A stretch of DNA of 64,000 bases from Podarcis erhardii (Eukaryota), in the NCBI GenBank assembly GCA_964252035.1, contig OZ176207.1; one strand, 5' to 3'. The notes below the pieces were generated by a model. It saw only the letters and a program-made list of their open reading frames with translations, was not told where the DNA came from and searched no databases. Both the position numbers and the translations under genes were made by a program. This document shows, piece by piece, positions 37,656 to 50,708 of the stretch. Within the stretch, counting starts at the first letter, position 1. Every line of letters begins with the position of its first letter.

Positions 37656-39689
37656 TAATAGGTTCCTTAGTGAGAATGAAATGTAAATTGATAAATTCAT
37701 GTAAATTGATAAATAAATATGTTGGCATAAAATCATCATCAGGGCAGCATTAAGATAAATAAGGGGGGGCACTTATTTCTCAAAATGTGTTGGAACAGGG
37801 TAATGGAACCCCTGTTCTGAAGCTTTTTGATGTGAGACACTGAAGCGCTAATGCTATTTATTTCACAGATGTTCTAGTGTCTGTTCAAATTCTCTGTGGA
37901 GGGACTCCTGATCTGCTTTGCCTTTTCAGATCAGCTGCAGTTTGGGAGGAAAAAAATCTTGGTTGAGTTGCAGCCATGACACTAAAGAGGAAGGTCCCCT
38001 TAAGAATTGAACAGACTCTTTGTCCATTAAGTATTTTAAATGGAAGCACCTGCCTGTTACTTTAGCAACTCAGATTCTGGTTTATTTGTGAAACGTTTGT
38101 TTCCCACTGTGGATTCATAGAAAATACTTAGTACGATTCATAGGCAGGATTGGATATCATTTTTTTAATTAGAAAACAGGGCTGAATGGCTATGGGTTTG
38201 CCATATTTCAAATGAGATATCGAAACACTGCTTGTCCTTTATAGACTTTCATGGTTACTTCTTATATGAATGGAAATGTTAATCCCACTGTCCTCTTGTT
38301 AATCTCACCTTGATGTGTATGCTCCTGTGTTGTTTTGAATCTACCAAAAATGTTCATTGTCAAAGCTGGGGGCAGGGAGAAGAAATTATGGCAAAAGTTG
38401 TTTAAAATTAAATATTCTGTTAGAAAGTCTTGGTCATCTGTTCCTGTTTGTGCCATGTTAAGTATGACAATGAACTGGGTAATTTGTTGGGGTCAATATT
38501 CATTTTTCTTACAACTGTTGATAATACTTTTTTTAAAAAAAGGTTTGAATGATGTCTCGTGGCCACCATAGAATTGAATTTATCTTCAGTGAAAGTAGTC
38601 AGCTCTTCAGTGTGTGTTTTTCACTACAGAATTAAATTCTGTCATTACAATACCTTACTACAGGCACAACACTGACTTATTTTTAAGTCACGAATATGCC
38701 TTCATTTTAAAGAGCTACTAATTCTACAGAAGCATCGTTATGCAGGTTGCCATCTGCTCATTGTTGTTGTTTTTGTTTTGTGTGTATTTCTTTGTAAATT
38801 ATCAGAGTGAAGGTAGCAGAAGCAAAAAAATTCTATAGAAATAGGTAAGAAGCTTAAAACAGCAAGACCTGCAAACTGCATTAATTTTATAAATGCACCT
38901 TTCTAAAATATATGTCACATGTGAAGGATATCCTACAGGCTTACGGATAAATGGCATGCATTTTAATATAATTATGTAAACTAAAATAAAATATTTTACA
39001 TTTATTATGCATAATAAACTAATTAAACAATGCTTGGTAAGGGATTATAGCCTCTGACATCAAGTGCAGAAGGATTCATTGTGTGGATTCAGCAGCACTT
39101 GCATTCTGAGTTAGGGAGAGTGACTCTGCAGAGAACACTTGTCTCTTTTTGGACAGCTTCCCTGGGGAGTTCATGGTTCCCTTTTATTTTTGTATACGCT
39201 CAAACTTTGTAAAATAAAGACCCATTTATAATACGTTCCAGTGTATGCAACAATATAATTAGAACAAAACTAGGATGTGGGTGTTCTTTTCAAACTAAAT
39301 AATCTTTCAGATACTTTTGATACGTCAGCAAATGCAGTATGAATTTGTTTCTCAGTTTTGCAGAGCATGTGCTGAGATTGCATAATTCTTTATCAGAAGC
39401 CCAAAAAATATGCACTAATGCTTGCAAGGGGAGCCATTGTATGAAACTGATGGTACAGAAGTGTGTGTGTTGTTAGTCACAATAATCTCCAGCTATTTAA
39501 CATATGATGACAGGTTGGATAACATTTCATTTAATTTACAAAGTATTGTAAGACTATCCATCTCTAGGAAGAATGTTGCACTTTATGCTCAGGGGACATA
39601 ATTTTCCTATAGCCAGAGTCTAGCCAGGTTGGGAACCCTACCAGCAAAGTACATGAAAAAGCAAAAATATGAGAAATGAATCTTTCGCT

Positions 39690-40120
39690 CTGATACTGAT
39701 CACATATCACTTAAATAAGACAGATTAAATGTTTTCCCTTCTGAAGTGCTGAGGGGAAGATTGCCTGGTGTCCCATACCAAGATAGGCTGTGCCCATGTT
39801 CCCAGGATGTTGAATGTATGGAACACATTTTATTGCATTGTAGTCTGTATAAACATGTTATATGGCATCTAATCAATCCAATACTAACAAAACAACTTGA
39901 AATTGCTGACTCATTTCATGTCAAGGTTCTCCTTGAGGATAGGTTTGATACTATTACACTGGCTATAGCAAAATTCTTCATGGAGGCAGTAAAAGTCAGA
40001 AATCAGTACACACAGGCTAAAGCTTCTCTGTTGGCTAGAAAGGCTGTTTTTACACATTAACAACTATTGATATTTACTATTGTTGTACTGTGTATTTTGG
40101 GTCTGTGGACCGCAGTAAAG

Positions 40121-40123
<3 letters not shown>
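39690..40123 (+). mobile_element. Non-LTR retrotransposon 3' end (RTEX-like) with C-terminal Cys/His knuckle
   Basis: RLNVFPSEVLRGRLPGVPYQDRLCPCSQDVECMEHILLHCSLY fits the RLC..C...E..H.L..C..Y motif of LINE ORF2 C-termini. Followed by a short 3' UTR and a (TG)n tail. Clade assignment is tentative. Confidence 0.7.

Positions 40124-40153
<30 letters not shown>
40124..40153. repeat. (TG)15 microsatellite, tail of the preceding LINE
   Basis: Seen directly in the sequence. Confidence 0.97.
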
Positions 40154-40156
<3 letters not shown>

Positions 40157-40686
40157 TTAAATAATTCCACTGAAATCAGTGGCTAATATTTCCTAATAAC
40201 CTATATATAATCAGAAACATAATTTGTAGCCCTGTGGACTGACCTAATGGTAACATTTCCTGCACATTATACAAAGTGAAATAAGAACTGGCATCTAAAA
40301 CACCAGGTCAATGTTCAATGCACAGAAATGACCTCTCCCGCTCCCAATGTCTGGTGGAAGCTTCTCTGCACACCTCAAATGCCTTCCAAAGATCAGAGAA
40401 CATTTTGGAGTGGCAATTCATGAAGTACAAGCAAGGGTCTGCTTCCAGAATGGGGTGTGCAGGTTTCTCTGAATCTAGAGGGTGTGCAGGTTTCTCTGAA
40501 TCTCCTGACCATGGTGTACAAGTCAAATATCTAAGGCATACAAGGAAAAGAGGTGATAAATTTACATGCTCAGAAGGTGTCCGGTGTCTTAAGTATTTTC
40601 CCACGTATGGCTTTTTTTGTTTGTTTGTTTGTTTTAAATTGGAGACGGTATCTCAAAGCATGTGAAGATATAGGAGTTCCTGCATT

Positions 40687-40790
40687 TAGGAACATCAGAA
40701 TTTGCCTAATACCAGCTCAGGCTGTTTGTTCATCTAGTACAATGTGGTCAATCTAAATGGCAACAGCTCGTCCAGGTCTTAAGAAAGTGG
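40687..40790 (-). mobile_element. Squam3-like SINE 3' half, degraded
   Basis: TAGGAACATCAGAATTTGCCTAATACCAGCTCAGGCTGTTTGTTCATCTAG resembles the antisense Squam3 tail. Confidence 0.55.
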
Positions 40791-41118
40791 TCTTTTCCAT
40801 CATCCGCAACCTCTGAGTGCAGCAAGATAAGTCTTCGGGAAAATGGCAAAGACAAAAGATGTCCTTTCTTTCTTTCCCCTCATCTTGAAACTCGCTTACC
40901 AAACTGCAAGGCGTGAGCAGGAATATAACAGGAGTGGCCAGTACAGAGGGCTGCCACTGTGGCAGCCAGGTCAGAGTAGCAGAGCCAATCTGATGCTCCT
41001 GCTGGTGTTCCCAAACCACCCTGCCCTCACTGCTGTATTGCCCGCCCCTCCCCACTGGCCATTCCTGAACCACAAGGTTTCTGTTCCAGTCTGTTTTAAG
41101 GTCCTGGGGTTGCTGTCC

Positions 41119-41439
41119 CAGGGCCAGCCCAATACACTTTGATGCCTGAGGCAATGGACAAGGTGCTTTCCAGTCTGCATATAGAAGCTGACTGGACTGG
41201 TTTTTGAACACTTCAGTGCTGGTGAAGTGACAGCATCCTTCACTGCACCTGAGGGCAGCTGACTAGCTTAGAGGGTGTAGGATAGGCTGTTTGACATGAA
41301 CAGCTCAGATCTCTAAGAAATAGGAACAGCCAGGGAGGATAAAGAGGAATGTTCTGGGGACTGCTGCTCCCTTTATACATCCCAGCATCTGCCACCTGAG
41401 GTGGCAATCTAATTCTGCCTAATAGAACGGCTGACCCTG
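41119..41439. mobile_element. Degraded hAT-like non-autonomous element
   Basis: CAGGGCCAGCCC ... GGCTGACCCTG termini; no TSD recoverable. Confidence 0.45.
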
Positions 41440-44400
41440 CAGGCCCCATTTCTTGTTAGTATTTTCTGTTAAAATCATTTAGTGTTTCATCTCCCTCCGT
41501 ATCTTTTTAAAAATTACCTTGTTTCATTCTCCACACTCTTCAGTTTGCCTCATTTTATAATGCTATGGTGGGAAGTGCTGGTGAGAAAGATTTCCCCTAC
41601 CCCATATTTATTTAATGTGAAATAAAGTAGTCATCTTAAAAAGAATTTTAAAGCATTTCAACCCCCCCCGGGGGGGGGGGACACTCCTTTCCTTCAGGTT
41701 TTGGGAAGGAATGTGATATTTGATTTTTTTTTTGTACTTGCTCATTGCATCCAGTTTTTAAAAAATTAACCCCTCATTTTTTAACAGATGGACAACTTAG
41801 TTTTGTCACGCATCTTGTGTTTTTCTTGTCATTCTCTATTAATTACAAGTTTTCACCAGCTACTCTTTAACTTCACATCTTATTTTTGGAAACAATGGAA
41901 CAATGATCTATTTTGCAACTTTTTAATCTGTAGCAAATCCCATATGCCAACTTTCAAACCTAGGAAGAAGTGATTTCCCAATCTATAGATTTTTCTACTT
42001 GTTAAAACACTAGAATAGAAATAACCATGTAATCTAGGTTCTCTTCCAATGAAATTTGTATATTAAATGTGTTCCAGGGGAGTACTTACAAAGCCCAAGT
42101 ACAGTAGTGTACATTACAGATATTTTTTTAAAAGGGTATATTCCGTAGTCTCTTTAGCATGACTCTAAATTCAGTCTGATGTACAAATAATTGCATTTCT
42201 GTTTTATTATTGCATCCCAATTTTTACTTGTTATGTACACTTTATGTGGCTCTACTATGATTCATATTTCAGCTGCTGGACTGGAGGGGGGATAATGTCT
42301 CATAGCAGAATTGGGTTCTGTCATAAGATTCTGGAGCCCAGAATTCATGGAGTTGTTGACAAGACATTTCATTTGGGGAAGAAGAGCATGCCACTTGTGT
42401 TGCTTGCACAACACTCCTTCTGGGGGGGGGGGGGGACACATTGGTAGTAGCATTCAAAGGCGCTCAGCTTCCTCTTTCATGCCCTGTTCTCTTGGCCAGA
42501 GGCAAATGTCAGTATGGTGACTGGCTTATAAAGAAAAATGTGTGCTTATTGGAAAGCATGATTATCCCTTAAAACAGTATGTACAGTGCTGAGAACTGTG
42601 CTTCTTTTAAGGAGTTATTCTGCATGTCAGAACCATTTATTTAGTACACAGTTTGATAGCAAGCTTGGTGCTTTTCATTTCTTCCTTTCTTTCTTTTTAA
42701 TGTAGATCCATAAGAGCTAGGTATTTACTTTCTGTATAAAATAACATACCAGGAGCAGAAAGGGAAGTATATTGGGATCTAAGATATACTAGAAATATTT
42801 CTCAACATGAGTATCCTTTATTTTTAAAAAAATAGTAATTACTCTCTGGAGCTTTTTATTGTGCTGGTGAAATGAAGAATTCTGTATTATTAATATTATT
42901 GTTATGCCCCTTAGCTTTCTGTTCAGTTATTTCATACTGAACTTGTTTTAGCTCTATACTCACATTCTATGATTTACTGTTCCTTGCTTTCTATACTATA
43001 CTATTTGCGAGACATTTAGGGTGATATCCAACTAAGCCATATTCAGAGATGGAAATCAATAGGCTTAAGTTAGTTATGATTTGACTTAAGTCCATTGATT
43101 TCATTTGTGCTTGCTCTGCATATGACTTGATCAGATATCCACTTTAATTTCTTTTTATACCTGCAGGATGGTACCCTCCATTGCTGATCATGCGTATTAA
43201 CAATTTAATCTTATGCTTTAGGTATTAGATCACAACTTTATATATTCTGCTATGTCATCCTCTGCTTTGCATATGGAGTAGGAAACATGGCGCCTTGCTA
43301 CTGTGTAGTACCAGTGTGAACTTGATACCTTTTGGGATGTAATACAAGAAGGAGCAGGCCACCTCATCTCTGTCTTTGCCAGGCCAGGGATTTCACTGGT
43401 GGCTGCAATGTTATCCCTGTCCAGAGGGTGGTACAGAGTTAGTTATATTTATTCTACAAAATAAAGACACAATAGAGCTGACGTTTGGGCTCTTAGCTGT
43501 TTTGAAATTCATATTTTCCAAGTTCATAAAAAGATTAAAAACCTTTCTAGTTAGCAAATTTAGGTTGGGGATCTTCCTGTTCTACAAGGAAAAGAGAAGC
43601 TACAGCTGTTGTTTCCTGTTTATCTTGCATATGTTTCATGTTTCATCCCTTCAGCTTCATTTCTTCTGCCACAAACCACCATCATTACCATTGTTCTTAT
43701 TATCAGGTCAAAAAAGCTGTTTGCTTCATAATTCATCTCAGAATGCAACAGTTTTCCTTTTGGATTTATTGTGTATTAGTATGAGTGTAGGCTTAAAGAG
43801 AAGGAGGCAACTTTTTCATATTAACCCCATTCAAAGTTTCTATGTTCAGGATGTACAACAACATCCTGAAATTATACTTAACAAATCTAGTGTATATTTA
43901 TCTAGCATTGCTGAATCATTAAGCAAATGTTTATTTCTGTGTATAAAATATGCTAACTAATATACATTTGGTTTGTGACATAATTAAAAAGTAAACAAGC
44001 ACTCAGATCAATTAGTGTAACCATTTTTGAAAACAAAGTGGCCTTCTTTCTACATAAGAATCAAAATAAACATGTTTTTTTAGGTTATGCCTCTTTGGTC
44101 TCAATTCCCATTATGAAAGGACCAAGGCTATCTTTGGGGATGGTCATTCTACAAGGAATATCTTTGGACAGTCCCTGGTGTGGTAGTTAGCTATTGCTTT
44201 ATATACATTATGGTAGAAATGCAAGCCTTGCAAGGAAAAACATAAACTATATTTTGACAGTACTATTTTGGCAGTATTCCCCAAGCATTTGAGCTATTAT
44301 CATGTAATGAAGTTGTTGTGTATGTTCTTTAGTTCTGTGTAGATAATATTGCAAACTCTCCTTTTGTTTTCCTATTCTTGATGATCAAGGCTTCTGTAGT

Positions 44401-45139
44401 AAAAAGACTGAAATTATTGTTTTGCACTTGTCTCCAACTCTAAAGGGGGTGCAACTGTGGATCTTAATATGAGTTACACCCATTTCAGAAGAAAGGAGTT
44501 GAGAAATTATTTTGTATAAGGAGGTAAAAAGCTTCCTATGGGGATTGATCATGGAAATGGGTCGTGCTAGAGGAGAATGGGGTATAGCCAACCTTAGTCC
44601 TACTCAGAGGAGACCCATTGAAATTAATGGGCATGGCTAACTTAGGAACATTAAAGGTCTATCACGAGTAAAACTTGCCTATATACAACTCAACATGTTA
44701 TAGAAAAGACCTGCTTAGAGGTGTATCTGGGAACTATTTAATGAGGGGATTAGCCGGGCTGAGCTAATAATTCTTCACTTGCTTAAGATTCAACTTTTGG
44801 GATCTTTTTGTAGATCTCTGTGAGTAGAAAAGCTGATTTTATGTTGTTAAGAGCCAACAATTCCTTATTCGGAATAGTTATGTTTTAATATATATTCTCA
44901 TCCATCCCTGTGCTCTGTAAAGAAACCTAAATTTGAGAATTGCATTGCATAACCAACTGGAAGGAAAGGGCTTGATAGGGATATAAGTGGCATGCACTGG
45001 TCTCCCATTGAGCGCTCTGCTACTTTGCTTCCATATGCCCTCATCTGCACATGACAGGCGAAGACAGCTGCCAGGTTGTTGACAGGGACTAGTTGGGAAG
45101 ATGTTTCACCAGTATTGAAAGAACTTCACTGACTCACAA

Positions 45140-45495
45140 TCCATTTCTGAATGTGGTTCAAAGTGCTAGTGCTTACCTTTAAAGCCTTGTATAGCTTAGG
45201 GCACTGGTACCTGAAGAAACACTTGCTCCTATACAAACCAGCCTGTGTATTAAAGTCATTGTTGAAGGAGCTCCTTCAGATGCTTCTGGTGACCAGAAAA
45301 GGGAACTTTCTCAGTGGAATTCACTCCTCATGGAGGGTACTGGGGTTCTTTAGAACTAGATGAAGATGTATTGCAATATTATTGTATTGTGTTTTTTTTA
45401 AACAAACAAACAAAACACCTATTGTTTTTGTCCTTGTGCTCAAGAAGTTTTACTGAAATACAGTATATGAATCTTTTAAATAAATAAAATAAAAA
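45140..45495 (+). mobile_element. L2 LINE 3' remnant
   Basis: Encodes WFKVLVLTFKALYSLGHWYLKKHL (L2 ORF2 C-terminal pattern), then a T-rich 3' UTR and (TAAA)n tail. Confidence 0.75.
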
Positions 45496-46471
45496 ATGAA
45501 GAGAGGGAAATTAGGTCTGTTACTACCCACACAGAATTGTGCCTCAAATGTTGCTAAAACTATATGAGGTGCTAAAATCATAGTTAAAAGTACTGTTGGA
45601 CAGGCCTGGTTATCCTGGAGACAGAATAACTTGATTATCCTTGAAAACTACTGCATGAGCACCTTTTAAATGTTTGAATTGTGAAACTGAAGTGGTCTGT
45701 TTCACATTTTGCTCACCTCAAGTTTTCTTTATAATTTAAAATGTTCCCTAAGAACATTTGATTTAGTTATTTTCTGGATAACCTCTATGCTTAAAATTCA
45801 TTTTAAGGAGTCCCTCGTTTTAATGAAACACAAATTTTACTACTAAACTATCAAATAATGTTGCTAAATGAATTTTAGGAGATTGAAACTACAAATTAGG
45901 TACATTTAGCAATGATGGATTAAGAGCTAACAATTAAATAGTATATGACTGCATTGTGGTTATAAGACATGACTTATTTATGCTTGTGTGTGTATATCTT
46001 TACATTTTCCATCTTGCTTTAACCCAAAGGCAAAGGGGAATATAACAGTGTTTATAAATGTAATATAAGTTACAGCAGAAAAAACCTTCTTAAAATGAAA
46101 ACTACTTTGAACTTAGGGTTGATATCCCAAAGGCTCAGATAATATGTTTCAGATTGCAAACTGAAAAAAACACTTACTAAGGAGTAAGTCCCATCAAACA
46201 GTGGAACTTACTTCTGAGGAAATATGCATAGGATTGCATTGTGAAAACAAATTAAAACATATAATGTATTAAATTAATTTCTAGTTTCTCAGTCCCTCAC
46301 CACCAAACAAGGCAACAGCAATTCTATACTGCTTTCAAAAGATGCTACCAAAGGAAACAATGCTGCCAAAGTATGGAGCAGCCATTGGGCATGGATATAT
46401 GTAGGATAGCTCACATGCTCAGCCAGCTAAAGGACCTCCTTGCATAGTGGAGGAGCAGTCATACATGGCAG

Positions 46472-46625
46472 CAGGGGTGCCAACTTGAATAAAATATTGG
46501 GGAGAGGTAAGCCCCACCTTGCATAATCATAAGACACGGTGCATGCATACCATTTGAATAGCCCAGCCCCTCAAATATTTTTGGGGGCGGCCCAAGGGAC
46601 CTTGGCCCCTAGGAGCTGGCAACAT
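46472..46625. mobile_element. hAT-like MITE remnant
   Basis: CAGGGGTGCCAACTTGAATAAAATATTGGGG ... CCCCTCAAATATTTT ... GGAGCTGGCAAC. Confidence 0.55.
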
Positions 46626-48814
46626 AAATGAATGACAGACACATCACTCCACAGGTAGGGCTGAATGCATGTAAATGCAGTTAGTGCAATCTTTGCTCAC
46701 CTTTATTTTAAGTGAGAATATGAACCATTTTTTTGCTTGGCCAAACCCAAATAAAGCACTGTGACTTCATTTACAGTGAATGCATTTTCTCTTCTAACCT
46801 GAATGTTAGATGAGTAAGTCAAGCATCCAGCCAGCTCAGAGCTAGAAAAGAGAAAGTGCCTGGAGCTGAGGGTGCCAGACCAATGCTCAATAGGCAGTAC
46901 ATTAACAGTGACTCTGCAAGAAAAAAGGGTGTATAGCAAATGGGCTTGTGTGAACTGAAAGAATCAATAAGACAAGGGAGACAGTATAATTAGGTAGAGA
47001 TGAAAATTGGTCCAGGTAAGACTAAGTCTAACATTGTGAGTACTGGTCATCTACTACATCCTGGCCAAAGAAATGAGAAGCATTTTTTCCACCCTGTTGC
47101 TTCCCTGGGTTCTTGATTGCAAACAATTACAGATGGTCAGTGTGCCAAGTATGGTTGCATGTGCACCATCTAAGTTTCCACTTGGAATATTGCTGTTTTT
47201 ATGCATAGTTAGGTCAGAGAGGCAGTGAGTTTCAAAAGAAATTTTAAGCTTGGGGTTGATGCCAAGAGGGACAGGGAGTCTTTGCAAGCAATATAAAGAG
47301 AGAGGGTATATTTAATGATAGTTAACCTACTTTTAGAAGTAGCCAACTCTAGGCATCCTCCTCCCTAGCTACTAGCCTCTGTCTTGTCATTGTTGCTGTG
47401 AAGCAGCTTTTCTTCCCAGCAGCTAATGCTGATTCTCTGCAGTAGGCTTTCTCTGCCATGAGCATAGGGACAGAATATGAAGCTACGATTCCTGAAGCTG
47501 AGCAGGAATCCACAGAGGAAGTAATTTTTGCTATTATACCCAAAAGCAGGTTACTTCGCTGTGGTGCAAGGAAGTACCAGAAGATGATCTGTGACTCACC
47601 AGACACAATTTGTCCCCCAGTTGTATATTTTTCTTCTTCCTTTCTCAAGGCAGATTATCAAGTTCAAAGTCTAGCCCTTAGTCTTGCTCCCCCCCCCCTT
47701 CCTGGCTGAGTGGAACAGCCTGCATTCTACAACTGTACTATCTTTTTATATTTTGTTCAGCAGTGATATTGCTATTAAGATACATGTCCAGAAAGCTCTG
47801 CAGTTTATATTGCTATAAAACTTCTCTTTGTGTTATGTGCCTATAAATATATCAGAGCATTTTAGATGACATCATAAACTATTTGAAAATCACACTTTAT
47901 GATACCACCAAGAACCTCTTAAAATAAGGTATTTATACATTTACATCCCTTGCATGCACACCCATCCTTTCAACCCCCTTCAGGCTAATTATTAAATTTT
48001 TGCAGTGACAGGGCAGGGCTGCTGACTTGGGGCCTTTCTGGAGAGTTGTTTTATTGCATCATAGACACGCAGTTGTTACTCAGTTGTGCCATTTTGAGAA
48101 TGAGCTTTAAAGGTGTTTTAAATTGCAGTTTATGTTTCTGACTGCTTTAGAAGCTGAATGCTCCCTGATGTACCCTTCTAATGAAAGCACTGACTTTGCC
48201 TTTTAAAATTTGAATTTGGGGTGGTGGTCGGAAAGTGGTGAATGTTAAGACAGCAAGAAACAAGTATGGTCAGAAGAAGTGAGCCATTCTCAGAAATACC
48301 TATGGCAACGAGGGAAATCCTTGCTCACAGTTGCCTGCCAGTGGTTATTAATTAATCAGAGGAAGCCAGTACATGTACCTAGTTGTTTCCAGAACTAGAA
48401 GCAAATAAATCAGGAGCCCAACATAGGAGCAAATAACAATGGATTTGGTGGGCTAATTTGGATGTTCAAATCTCTTCCATGGCTGCATGGAGTGAGTAGC
48501 ATATGATCTAGAACAATCCACAAATACAAGCAGCAATATTAATGCATAAGACAACTTCAGAAATGAATTGCCATGCTCTCTCAAATCACCACCAGAAAGC
48601 TGTTCTTGTATTTCTGGATATGCCAGCTGAGATTTTATATTTTCCCATGAAGTGCTGCCATAGTGTCACGGCAGTTCCAACATCTGATGTGGTTCTGTGT
48701 CTCTATCCGCTAGCTAGCCAGTCTGCCAGCTTATCAGCAAGATTACTCCCATGTTGTCTATCCATAGCTCTGTTAGGCTGCTAGGAGCTGGAGGGTTTCC
48801 ATTTATAATATGTT

Positions 48815-48950
48815 AAGGCAGGGGAAGGCCTCCAGAAGTTGTTGGACAACAACTCCAATCCTCCGCAGTCAGCAGGAATAAAAGTCGGGGGTGATGGGTG
48901 TTGCGGGTCTATAACATATTGAGGGCACCATGTTAGCAACCCCTGGGTTA
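48815..48950. mobile_element. Degraded hAT-like MITE
   Basis: CAGGGGAAGGCCTCCAGAAGTTGTTGGACAACAACTCC ... ACATATTGAGGGCACCATGTTAGCAACCCCTG. Confidence 0.6.
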
Positions 48951-49302
48951 AGGGCTACATTGTCATAAACACAGGTGAACATTGCTGGTCACTTCTGTAG
49001 GTCCATTCAGTGGTCTCTGCCTTATGATGGCACTGTTCAGACTCAGCAGCCTTTATTTACACATATTTTTCCTTCATAAAGGGTCAAGTTAATGAGAGTT
49101 CTGTTCTTCTAACATTTCCTGTAACTTCTTTAAAAGCCTCACTGCTGTCTCCCTATTCAAAGGCAACATGGACAGGAGTGGAGAAGCCTCTCTCCTAGCA
49201 GTATTCTCATAAACAATTTTTTGGGAAGAGATGTGAATCTTTCTACTGCCAGGAGTAGCCAAGGATGTGGTGCACTGGGAAGTAAAAGGCTAGTGATTGT
49301 GA

Positions 49303-49332
49303 GTGTGTGTGTGTGTGTGTGTGCGCGCGCAT
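49303..49332. repeat. (GT)10(GC)4AT alternating purine-pyrimidine tract
   Basis: Seen directly in the sequence. Confidence 0.95.
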
Positions 49333-50708
49333 CTGTTTGGGGAAGACAGCAAACTAGTGTCTGTCGTGAGGCATGAGGCTCTATTCAACACCATGCAAGC
49401 GCATGATTACTGACTGCCCAGTACTTGCCAGTGTGGGGCTGCTCACATTATGGCACACACTTGCAATGTGCTAAGCTGGCAGCCCACCTGCTTCCTCCAC
49501 TTCCTTGCAAGGCCCACCGGTAAGGACTCCAGGTCCTTATTGCTCAGCTGTGGCAGCCTCTTACTTTTTAGCACACAACATTCCTAGGCCAACTAACAGT
49601 AAGATAAGAGATCAGGAATTAAAATAGGAATTACAATCATGGTAAGCCAAATTACAAAAAATGCACCAGTCTTGATGGGGCAGAGCCCAGTAGAAGGTTG
49701 GGTGGTTAGCTTGCCTTCCAATCCCGGTGTGCACTCCTCCACCTTGCCTTCCAAAATACTTGCATCAGCCCTCTCTGCCAGGCATGAGCACCCACCTGTA
49801 GTTTGCAAACACCCTGCCATCTTAATAACCCCCTAAAAACCATTTCACATGCCAAAATAACTCCCTCCTTCAGTTCTGTCAGCCTAAACATCCCTTTTAT
49901 TCAAGAATCATTTTCACTCACCAAAGGAAATAACCGCTTCATACCACTTGCTTTCACTTGGTTGCCAATGTAGCAGCTCTTTTTATATTTCTTGACAACT
50001 ACTTTGTAATTTTTTATGAAAGGGAGGCAGTCCCAACCATTGGTAAATCAGCCTCATTTCCCCACCAGGGGCATCATTTCCTGGCCGTGGAGATAAATTA
50101 AATGGTCAAGGTGCTGTGGTCATATCTGGCATCCCTGAGCCTTATGTTTGAGACTTGTTTTTCTATTTATTCTTGTAATAATACCTTTTTCTTGACTGCA
50201 TTCTTCCCCCCTCCCCCTTTCTGGATAGCATATTTCAATTAGCATCAGTGAGGTTTTTTTATATATAAAAAATTAACTATTAATATACAAATATGTTTTT
50301 GTACCTTTTGATGTATTTTCCCTACTTTCATAATTCTTAAAAGTGCAACCTCAAAACCACTTTATACAGATAGTTACCCTTAACACCCTGGCAGTGAGGG
50401 AGGTTAGCAGGAGGGAAAGGGTTTTGTGATTCCTAGTAGTGTTGGGTGGTAATTATTGTAGAGCAAAGGCATACGATTTGCTGTATGTGGTGTAGCATTA
50501 AACATGCTTCACAGGCCTGTCCCTTTAATGATAGCTGTATATCTTTTAGTTCCTCATGACTTAACTCAAGGCTTCACAAATTCCTTTGCTGTGATGCAAA
50601 ATAGTTTCAAAAGAGTTCTCTGGTTTTTATTAAAGGGATCTTATTTTAGTTTAAAAGCGGAATATATGTTTTCTTTAGCTGTAAAAGCACAATCAAGGCA
50701 ACATGATA

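Noticed and set aside
40453-40503. Short tandem duplications (24 bp here; also about 2187-2224, 8080-8117, 37681-37714 and 59799-59843)
   Set aside because: Two copies only, with no spacer array; ordinary slippage duplications, not CRISPR-like or satellite structures.
41662-41680. C8-G11 abutting homopolymers forming a mini-palindrome
   Set aside because: Poly-C/G runs are frequent throughout the window, and there is no other supporting structure.
47458-47709. 83-aa ORF with an ATG (MSIGTEYEATIPEAEQES...)
   Set aside because: No recognisable domain or splice-compatible link to ZNF407, and its length is within chance expectation.
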